Positions 9,552 through 18,667 of a DNA stretch of 34,218 nt are shown in pieces. The DNA comes from Guillardia theta CCMP2712 (Eukaryota; Protista; Cryptophyta), in assembly GCF_000315625.1 (NCBI RefSeq), contig NW_005434662.1, positions 920,092-954,309 of the forward strand, given 5' to 3'. How positions within the stretch are numbered: the first letter of the stretch is position 1; every line of letters begins with the position of its first letter. Below the pieces are notes generated by a model. That model made no database searches. It saw only the letters and a program-made list of their open reading frames with translations, and was not told the DNA's origin. The position numbers and the translations under genes were made by a program.

Positions 9552-12500
9552 TCAGCTCTCCTTCCTCCTGTACACGTACATCCCCCATGAGTCCGACCAG
9601 GAGACGGCGACCTGCTGGCGGTCAGCTGGAGTCCTGTCAAGGGTGATGTCACCTTGTAGACGGCTGCTCGCTCGAACTCCGGCTGAACGTCGAGGATGCG
9701 AGACCAGGAGACAACGAGAGCGCCGGGAGCGAGCTCTGAGAGAGAGTGAGAGGGAGGAGGGGAGAGGAGGGCAAGTGGTGAGAGGAGAGAACAAGGGAGG
9801 AGGGGAGAGGAGACGGGGAGAGAACAAGGGAGGAAGGGAGAGGAGACGGGGAGAGAACAAGGGAGGAAGGGAGAGGAGACGGGGAGAGAACAAGGGAGGA
9901 AGGGAGAGGAGACGGGGAGAGAACATTTGTGATGGTGAGCAGGAGGAGGCAGGGGGAGGGGAAGGAGCACAAGGTGAGTTGCAAACCGTCGGCGAGCTTC
10001 TGGTTGAGCAGAGCGCCGAGGTTGACGTCCCTGCTGAAGGCGAGCACGAGGATATGGATGCCGCTGTAGAGATATTGAGAAGAGGAAGAGAATGGGAGGC
10101 AGGGGAGAGGGGGGGAGGCAATGAAAGGTTAGTAGGAGGAAGACAAGGGGGGGGAGGGAGGAGGGGGAGGGGCGAGGAGGGGGGACCTGAGGTCTGCCTG
10201 GAGGGCATCGAGACATTCAAAAGAGATGAATTGAGATCTGCTCGTTTGTCATTTCACCACCTCCCTCATCCTCATTCTCATTCTCATCCTCATCCTCCCC
10301 TCATGCTCTTCTCTCGTCTCGTCTCGTCTCGTCTCGTCTCGTCTCCTCTCCCTCATGCTCTCACGTCTCTTCCGTGAGGTGTCGAGCTGCTGCTTCCTTG
10401 GCAATCTCAACCTGCGCAGCTCAAGTCATTTCCTCCTCCCTCTCCCTGTCATCCCCTCTTGCTCCCGCTTCCCCAGTGCTCCCGCTCCATCGCCCCCTCC
10501 TCCTTGCTTCTCTCTTCTTCTCCCTCCTCCTCACTCTCTTGCCTGCGAGCATAAGATTTCCCAGCCCTTGGCGCGCATCTGCCACGTCAGAGCCCCGTAG
10601 AAGACGTGCCATCCGATGCTGCTGCCCAGCACCCCGTAGATCTAGAGATGCGCATGAGCGACATCTGGGAGGAGGGGAGGTGAGAGAGGAGGAGGAGGAG
10701 GAGCAGCAGCAGCAGCAGGTTGAGAATGTTTTGATGAGTTTCAACTTTGCCGTTGCGCTTCGCATGCTCGACGGCTTCTTGCAAGACTTGATTCTGAAAT
10801 ACCTGAGGCTCCAACGTCACTTGCACCTTCGTACTCCCCTCTCCTCCTATTCCTCCTTCCCTCTCCTCTCCTCCTCTCCGCTTCTCCTCCGTTCCCTCCT
10901 CCCTTCCTGTGCTCTTCTCCTCTCTTCCTCTCCCCTTCTCCTCCCTTCCTCTTGCCTTCCCTCCGCCCCCTCCTCTCCTCCTCCTCGTCACCTTCAACCA
11001 GCTCTGGTAGAAGGTGGAGCCGTAGGCAAACGAGTGCTTCAAGTAGCCCGTCAGCCGCTGCATCCTCCTTCCGTCCAGCTGCCTGTCCCCGATGAACTCC
11101 AGAGTCGTTTCTTTCCCGCGCAGCTGCTCCATGCTCAGTATACCCCATCTCTCTCTCTCCTCCTCTCCCTCCTCCTCCCTTCCTCCTCCTCCTCCTCCCC
11201 TCTCCTCACCTCGAGTACAAGACTGCGCAACTGGCAGGCCGTCGTCATGGCGGGGGAGCAACCCGTTTCATCCTGCCAGCCCGCAAGGCCGTTGAGCAGG
11301 GAGCGCTCGTCCTGGACAAAGAGATGGTAGAACTCGTTGGTGTCCGTGTTGATGTACTTGAATACAAAGTCTGGCCTCCTCCTCTGAACCTCCTCGAACG
11401 CCCTCGAGCTCTCCGTGTGCCGCCCGAGCTAAGATGAACCATCAACGGTCCGCAAGGGAAGACAGAGGAGTAACAGAGGCTAAGGGGAAGGGGAGGAGTA
11501 GGAGCAGGAGTAGGAGTAGGAGTAGAAGTCAAAGTAGTAGTAGTAGTAGTAGTAGTAGTAGGAGGAGGAGGAGGAGGAGGAGGAGGAGGAGGAGGAGGAG
11601 ACTACCTGACGGTACACGATCCCAAGGTAAAAGAGGATGTCGCAGTTGCTGGGGTCAGCAGCAGCAGCGCGGAGGAGGTGGCGTAAGGCTCCCTGCCATC
11701 GATTTCATTTCCAACCGCAAGAGTGAGGAGGAGGAGGAGGAGGAGAGAGGAACGAGAGGAAAGAGAGGAAAGAGAGGTGGAGCAGGAAGAGTGAACGGAG
11801 GAGGAGGGAGGGAGACTGAACGCGTGAGATTGACCTGCATGTCCGGGACGTCGAGGAGGAGCTTCGCGTAATTGTAGTTCAATCCGTGATGTTCGGGCTC
11901 GTACTGCAGCCCTTGCTCCAACGCTCTCATCGCCTCCTCCTCCTTCCCCGCGTTCTCGAACGCCAGGCCCAAGTTGTTGTACCCTCGCGCGTCTCGAGGC
12001 TCTAACTTGGTGACCTTGCAAGGTTTCAGTGCGGGAAGGAGTGAGAGCGCAAAAAGAGAAAGGGAGGAACGCGAGGGAGGAAGAGGTCAGGGAGGAGGGA
12101 GAGGGCAGGACAGATTCTGAGAGAGAAGTGAACAGGGAGGGAGAGGAAGAGGGGAGGAGAGGAGGGATGAGAAGAGGAAGGGAGGGGGGAGGGGGGGCGG
12201 CAGGAGGGGTGAAGACACCTGAAGGAAGAGATCAGCTGCCTCTGCGTACTGATGGCCATTGAACCAGGCGAGTCCGAACTCGAACAAGGTCGCGACATGA
12301 ACGTCTTGGGCCTTGAGGACTTCAGCAGAGGTCACCTCAACAAGCCACTTACCTCCTCTTTGAATCTCCTCCAGTAGACCCTCGACGTCGTCCAGTTGCG
12401 CTCCCTGGCATGATGGAGGGCAGCCTGATAATTGTCCTTCACCCGAGGAAGCACTTCCTCCATCTTTGATGCTGACAGATCTCCTCCTCCTCCTCCTCCC

Positions 12501-13531
12501 CCCCCCCCAACGTCGTCAACGAGCCCCACCAGCTTCCATCCTCGCACACCCTTGTCTTCTCCTCGTGCCACCTCGTCCCCAGCTCGTTGCAACACCGACG
12601 TCACATCTGTCTCCTCCTGCTTCCTTGCCCCCTCCCCAGCCTCCGCTGCCTGCTCCACAGCACGAGCCCCTGAGTACTGGGAGGGGCTGGAGAACGTCTG
12701 TTTCTTTCTCGCAGTCACGCGGTGATGTCGGAGGACGGAGAGCACGCGGGTCGTCAGTCCCGTAGGCATCCAGGAGCCGGAGAGGTTCCCCCACTCGTTC
12801 CCCTCCACCTCCAGCACCACCTGCACCTCTCGGTGGAAGGAGGAAGGGAGTTCCAGCGCCTTGAAGCATTCTGCTCCCGTGGGGTACCGCCCAGCGTAGT
12901 CGAGCACGACATGGTCAAAGGAGCGGACGAGGTCTCGCAGCCGCGAGCACAAGGGCATGTTCTTTTCATCGTAGTAGTCCAGCCCCATGAAGACGAAGCA
13001 ATCCTCGTCTCCTCTCATCTCGTAGTCCTCCAGCAGCATCGGCACATGCCTCACCCGACATGGCGCGCCGTTGAGCTCATCGGTGGCCAGAGGCTTCACG
13101 TACGGGTCGACTGTCGTCACGGACTCGTGTCGTGAGAAGAGGAAACTGCTGATGGGGGTCCGGTACCCTCCAACCTCGAGGATGTTTTTGCAGGACCGAA
13201 GATGGTAGGCCGCTAACACGTACCGCGACTTGAACGCATCGTGCTCGTAGAAGTTGTGCTCCAACTTGTGCATCGTCGCCCAGTCAGCAACGAGGTTTGA
13301 GCAGTTCTTCCCGTACCATCCCCCATCGCACAAGCACATCCCTCGCTCAAGGCAGCGACCGTGACCGTTGCATCTCAACGAGCAATCGGCATCTGGTTCA
13401 TTGGCGTTGAGGGAGGGCAAGAGCAGCAGAAGAAGGCAGCTGCTCAACAGAGAATATCCTAGGACTCTGAGCCTGCTGAGTGAGCGTCTTCTGCCGCATG
13501 CCTTGCAGCTCATCTCGGTGATTGGCGACAA
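9552..13531 (-). CDS. Multi-exon secretory/type II membrane protein: signal anchor, EGF-like domain, class I SAM-methyltransferase-like domain, TPRs, second (DOT1-like) class I methyltransferase-like domain
   Basis: Exon 1 has a hydrophobic N-terminus, EGF CSLRCNGHGRCLERGMCLCDGGWYGKNC, and KNILEVGGY...VTTVDP. TPR exons include DARGYNNLGLAFENAGKEEEAMRALEQGLQYEPEH and DILFYLGIVYRQLGRHTESSRAFEE. Distal exons give SFAYGSTFY, YGVLGSSIGWHVFYGAL...AKGWEIL, FECLDALQADLS, ELAPGALVVSW and VAVSWSDSWGMYVYRRKES* (stop at 9552). Confidence 0.72.
9780..9925. repeat. Intronic 33-bp purine-rich tandem repeat, about 4 copies (GGGAGAGGAGACGGGGAGAGAACAAGGGAGGAA)
   Basis: Read directly; it produces the 11-aa periodic spurious ORF translations (PLFSPRLLSLP)n. 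Confidence 0.85.
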
Positions 13532-13664
13532 CGTAAAGCTTCGATCTTCGAGACTTATAGCTCTCTTGTCCTACCTATCTGCCAGTATACCAGTGAACTG
13601 ATCTAGTCGTGTACTGATCTAGCAGTCTACTAGTCTACTTAGCACTAGTCTACTAGTACACTGA

Positions 13665-13816
13665 TCTACTCGTCTACTAGTCTACTGATCTACTCGTCTA
13701 CTCGTCTACTGATCTACTCGTCTACTAGTCTACTGATCTACTGATCTACTGATCTACTGATCTACTCATCTACTCATCTACTAGTCTACTGATCTACTCG
13801 TCTACTCGTCTACTTA
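13665..13816. repeat. Octamer minisatellite TCTACT+NN, 19 contiguous units, with degenerate copies extending left to about 13595
   Basis: Invariant TCTACT with variable dinucleotide CG/AG/GA/CA/TA at a strict 8-bp period, lying between divergent genes. Confidence 0.95.
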
Positions 13817-14124
13817 TCTTCCTTCTCCCTCTCTCCCTCTCTTGCTCCATGCTCCGCTATCGTAACGCCATGGGATTTATCTCATTGCTGCCCTTCGAAA
13901 AAGCATGATCGCACTAATAGCTCTGTTGCTGTCTTTTATAGGAATAACCAAATTTCAGCTAGGCAGGCTCGTCTCGGTCACGGATAGGGCCTCCAAATAT
14001 CAGCCTGAGTGAAGGAACTGAGAGCGGCAGGTACAGGAGGCAGCAGGGAGGAGGAGGAGAGGTAGCAGGAGGAGCACGAGGAGCACGAGGAGGAGGAGAA
14101 GGAAGCATGCTGTAGATATATAGC

Positions 14125-16326
14125 ATGGCTTCTGATGCCGCATCCTCGTCGTCCAGTCAGGGGCTGACCTTCATGAAGGGAGTCGATGTGGTCGAGGATG
14201 AGGGCGAGGTTCGATGGGTGGTGAAGTCGGAAGCTGACGACATGGCGGTCATCTTGGCTTACATCTCCAAGAAGCTGCTCCATTCCAGCAAGCTCGCCTC
14301 CTTCACCACCTCCCAGCTGTCTTCCAAGCACTGCCCCTTGCTTACTGCCAACAGCAGCTCGCCCGTGACTTGTCTGACAGCTTTGGACGTCAGCGGCAGC
14401 CCGGTAGGGGATCGAGGGATCCAGACCCTCGGGCTCTCCTGCATGCCGAGCCTGAGGACGCTACACCTGCAGCAGACGGGGCTGGGGGACGAGGGCGCTC
14501 AGTTCCTCCAGCAGACCTCAAGCTGTCTCACCGACCTGACGTCCCTGGACGTGCGGAGGAACCCGAGCATCTCCCCTACCGCCCTCCTATCCTTATCGCA
14601 GTCCCTGCAGGTCTGCTGGCCGAAGCTGCTGGAGCTCAACGGGCTGAGGCTGGCGGAGGACGGAGGGGACGTGACGTGCTGTGAAGGGGACGTGACGTGC
14701 TGGGACATCCTCGCGATGGAGCAGAGTCAGCTGCTCGTCGCCTTCGCGGGGATGAGGGCCAAGGCAGCTGGGAAGCCTGTTGGGGTCAAGCTGAAGCTGA
14801 AGGGGGTGGTCGACTGCTCGTTTCTGACGTCGCTGCATGCTCTAGACGTAAGCTCCAACAACCTGCGCGACTTGTGTTGGCTGTCCAGCTTGCACTCTCT
14901 GCGCGTGCTGAACATCTCGGACAACAGCATCACCGACAACAAGTCGCTCTCGCTTGTCACTCTCCGCAACTTCACCTCCCTGCTGGATCTCAACCTGTCA
15001 AAGAATCACATCGGAGCGACTGGCAGTCGCCTGCTGCTGGAGACTCTGCCCTTCATGAGGGACCTGCGCAAACTTGATCTCAGTCACAACGACATTGAGC
15101 ATGAAGGACTCGCTTGTCTTGTCGCCGGCTTCAGCTGGATCTCAGGCCTGGAGAGCCTGTCTCTCGGCTCCAACTCGCTGGGCTGCGACGCAGCTGAAGA
15201 GCTCGCAGCTCATCTTCACAAGCTCTCGAGATTGACCGAGCTGGACCTGAGCGACAACGAGCTCACGAGCGACTGCTGCGACTCCTTCGCCCGAGGCGTC
15301 ACGAGTTTGCGCGAGCTACGAGCGCTGGGGTTGAGGGGAAACAAGATCGAGAGCGAGGGAGCGTCCAAGCTCTCCGCCTGCTTCTCAGGTCTGACGGGCT
15401 TGACGTCGCTGGACCTGGGGGGCAACTCCATCACAGCATCATGGGAGCACAAGAGCGTCGGCCGCTTCTCGCTCCTCGTCGGCCTGCAGATGCTCTCACT
15501 GGGGCAAAACCACCTGAGAGAGCATCTGATCCGACCTCTCTTCCACTCCCTCTCCTCCCTCTCCTCCCTCCGCTCCTTGAACCTCAGCAGCAACGGCATC
15601 TCCTCCTCCGCTGTCAAGCTCGTCCTCGACCTCGTCTGCGCCGCGACCTCGATCAAGTCGCTCAACATCGGAGGGAACAGCATGACTGAAGGCTGCGACG
15701 GGGAAGAGATCGCGAGGTCACTTGCGGGGCTGAGGAGTCTGACGGTGCTCGACGTGAGTTTCTTGTCGCAGTGGAGCAGCCAAGCTCGACCCATCTGTGC
15801 TGCCATCATGGAACTGAGCAACCTCACCGACCTCAACGTCTCCAGCAACTGCTTGAGCGGGTGGGAGGCGGCAGGGAGCATGCGTCTGACCAACTTGACG
15901 AGTCTGCGGTGCAGCCAAGTGAACTTGACCTGCAGCAACATCGACCGCGTGCTGGTCTCTATCGGAGCCATGCGTCTCCTCCGAGACTTGGACGTGAGTC
16001 GCAATGCTCTCCAGCCCTCGGGCGCGTCGCTCCTTGCTGAGTCTCTCGCGCACCTGGTGACGTTGACACGGCTCGACGTGTCAGCCAACAGCATCAGAGA
16101 CGAGGGCGCCGTCGCTCTCTGCCATGGCTTGACTTGCGCCTCCCGACTTGACAGGCTGACCCTCGACGACAACGAGATCGCACGTGCCGGAGCTCTTGAG
16201 CTGGTCAGCTCAGCTCACCTCTGGCCTCGGCTGCGATGCTTGAGCCTGCGCGGCAACGAGATTTGCTCTCCTGTCCTTCAAACCGTCGCGAGCTCCTTCC
16301 CCGAGTACGTCAAGATCATCGAGTGA
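14125..16326 (+). CDS. Intronless ribonuclease-inhibitor-like leucine-rich repeat protein (733 aa)
   Basis: Many roughly 28-aa LxxLxLxxNxIxxxGxxxLxxxL units (e.g. LRKLDLSHNDIEHEGLACLV; LTRLDVSANSIRDEGAVALCHGL). No NACHT or GTPase domain seen. Confidence 0.9.
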   Translation: MASDAASSSSSQGLTFMKGVDVVEDEGEVRWVVKSEADDMAVILAYISKKLLHSSKLASFTTSQLSSKHCPLLTANSSSPVTCLTALDVSGSPVGDRGIQTLGLSCMPSLRTLHLQQTGLGDEGAQFLQQTSSCLTDLTSLDVRRNPSISPTALLSLSQSLQVCWPKLLELNGLRLAEDGGDVTCCEGDVTCWDILAMEQSQLLVAFAGMRAKAAGKPVGVKLKLKGVVDCSFLTSLHALDVSSNNLRDLCWLSSLHSLRVLNISDNSITDNKSLSLVTLRNFTSLLDLNLSKNHIGATGSRLLLETLPFMRDLRKLDLSHNDIEHEGLACLVAGFSWISGLESLSLGSNSLGCDAAEELAAHLHKLSRLTELDLSDNELTSDCCDSFARGVTSLRELRALGLRGNKIESEGASKLSACFSGLTGLTSLDLGGNSITASWEHKSVGRFSLLVGLQMLSLGQNHLREHLIRPLFHSLSSLSSLRSLNLSSNGISSSAVKLVLDLVCAATSIKSLNIGGNSMTEGCDGEEIARSLAGLRSLTVLDVSFLSQWSSQARPICAAIMELSNLTDLNVSSNCLSGWEAAGSMRLTNLTSLRCSQVNLTCSNIDRVLVSIGAMRLLRDLDVSRNALQPSGASLLAESLAHLVTLTRLDVSANSIRDEGAVALCHGLTCASRLDRLTLDDNEIARAGALELVSSAHLWPRLRCLSLRGNEICSPVLQTVASSFPEYVKIIE

Positions 16327-16606
16327 GGGACGTCCCTCACCTGGTTTCCGCAACGCGGATAAACATGGGATGACTTCCAAGCATGAATCATGGAATAATA
16401 TTTCGAACAGAAACAATGAATTGCAGACTTGCATGATTACAAGTATGATATGAATATTCATTAGAAACAATTACGAATGAGCGATGGTGTAACAAGCAAG
16501 GCAAAGGATCTCATAAGACCACTTCCGCAATCTCCATGTCTTGTTTCATCTGCGTTGACTTCACCTCGTTTTGTCTCTCTTGTCATCGCTCTTGAAATCA
16601 ACCCGA

Positions 16607-18209
16607 TCACACGATCGGGTACGAAGCAGCGTCTCCAACCCCGCATGTGCTGACGCCAGCCTCCTTCTCCAGTCTCACATAGCCGTCCTGTTGGAGCACT
16701 CAGTGCTTGTAAGTTCTCCTCTCCTCTCCCCTTCTCCTCACCTCTCCCCAGTCGTCTCCCCAGGAGTTCTTGAGCAGCCAGAAGTGTTTCTGCCGGATGT
16801 GGTCGTATCCGTACCTGAGGCATCGAGCTCAGTCACCGCCTGTCTGGCGGGAGCAGCAGGCGCTTCCTACCCCACGAGCAGCAGGCCATGGTCGATTCTG
16901 CTCTCGCACTTGGAGCTAGAGATTATTCCTCCGTGATAGAACCTGAACGCCATCTGCTGAGCCTGCACAGCCACCGCCACTGGTTGACGCACGACCGCCT
17001 GCTCAAGGCCGAGCATGTCGCGGTAGTCGATGTCACAGTAGTCTCGTATCGTCACGTTCCTGGCGAGCTTGACCCGAGTCTTGCACGTGCCATCATCTCT
17101 GACTGCGTCAGGAGCAGCTGGTCGCCTGCTGGGGCTGACGAGGTCAAGGAGGGAGTCCTTGACGGCGACGAGGAGGCGGAGCACGAGCTTGAGGTAGAAG
17201 AGATCGAAGATCCAACTCGCCGAGCCCTTGTCGTCCCAGTGGTACTTGTAGGGGAGCTTGCCGGAGATGTAGGGAAAGGTCTCAGCTGATGCGATGCCGC
17301 CATTGCGAATGATCCACTCGAAGGAGTACTGCATCACTCCCCCGTCGCACCCTGAGTTCAGCATCATCTTGTCGCACTGCACCAGCTCCTCGACTGACAG
17401 CGGCAGCAGCTTGTTCCCTGCTGCCGCCCACGCGCCCTCCACTGCTCCCACAGTAGCGAAGGACCAGCAGCTGCCGCAATGACCCTGAAGGAAGGGCAAG
17501 GGTCAGTTGGGAGAAGAGCAGGATCAGGGACGGTGGGGGAGGAGCCTGACCTGGTCCTGCACTGCTGTCACCGCTCCCTTCTCCCTGTGATCGACGATGA
17601 AGTCAACCTTGCCGGTCTTCCACACGTGACTCGGCAGCGAGACCTTGCGGTGAGGACAAGCGTTGCCATACCTCCTCAACCACTTGGACAAGCTACCCAT
17701 GCACTTGAAGCCCAGCAGACCCTGGTGCCCTACTTCAGTTCTTGCTCAACCAGCAAAGACAACAAGGCTGCCTGCTCGAACTCCTTGTCGGAGATGTCGG
17801 CAAACTTGTTTGCGCTGAGTCGAAAGCTCTCGAGGCGACTCTTGTACCTCGAGTTGTGCTCTTTGATCTTGATGTAGTTGCGCCGGAAGATGTCGAACCT
17901 CTTTCGATCTTCTTCAGGTGCATATGTGCGGTTGTACTTCTTCTTCCACCGAGAAAAGATTCTCTCATGCTTCTCCTCCATCTGCGAGCCATGGTCTGAC
18001 GCCTTCATCTGCATCTCAGCCGGCAGCCAAAGTCTCAGCACGTCCACGGAGAAAACGAGCAAGGCAAAGCTCAGAGCAAGGAGCACCATCAAGGCGAACA
18101 CGACCGGCCCGTAGAGCGTTGCCTGAAGCATCAATCTGCGCTTGCATTGTTTCCTTCTTGCCATTCTGCTCGTAGAAGGAACTCGACGTTCAAGTCGTTG
18201 GGAAGCCAA
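16607..18209 (-). CDS. Papain-family (C1A) cathepsin L-like cysteine protease with I29 propeptide and N-terminal signal anchor, multi-exon
   Basis: ERFNIN motif EDRKRFDIFRRNYIKIKEHN, NKFAD motif, VDHREKGAVTAVQDQ|GHCGSCWSF (catalytic Cys), GCDGG, DHGLLLVG|YG (His), FWLLKNSWGDDWGE|DGYVRL (Asn), and TCGVGDAASYPIV* ending at 16607. Confidence 0.93.
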
Positions 18210-18667
18210 GGAGATGCGAGGAACGGAACAAGTTCGAAAAGTCCTGCAAGTCCGAATGCTCAGAGCCGCCGCCCAGAACCTCTTGCAGGGATCTCAGAGG
18301 CTGCTGAAAGGTCCTTAGCGAAGTTTCAGAGGAAGTGTAGGGGAGCAGGAGCGGCAGCAGGAGCGGGAGCGGGAGGGGCACGGGAGGGGGAGGGGGCGGA
18401 GCGATGGAGCATGGGGGTTTGTGTCATTTACGAATAAAAAAAAACAAAAAAAACCTTCTCTGGTAGGATTGACATTATTGCCCCTCATCCCCATACAATC
18501 TCCTCATCGCCCTCATCTCCCTCCTTCATCGCCCTCATCTCCCTCCTTCATCGCCCTCATCTCTCTTCCTCATCGCCCTCGCAATCAAACAAACGCTGAG
18601 GCGGACCCGAGAAGACTACGTTAGATTTACTTAATTCAGTTTAGCAGTACTGTCACGTGCAGTTGCC

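Noticed and set aside
13595-13816. CRISPR array or telomeric repeat
   Set aside because: The units are 8 bp with 2-nt variable parts. There are no spacers or cas genes, the context is eukaryotic, and the repeat is interstitial and lacks G-runs.
15216-16172. 318-aa minus-strand ORF
   Set aside because: Antisense to the LRR gene, with a biased Ser/Arg composition.
16814-16870. Premature stop after DHGLLLVG suggesting a protease pseudogene
   Set aside because: The TAG is part of a GTAGGA donor; splicing continues into YGYD...KNSWG.
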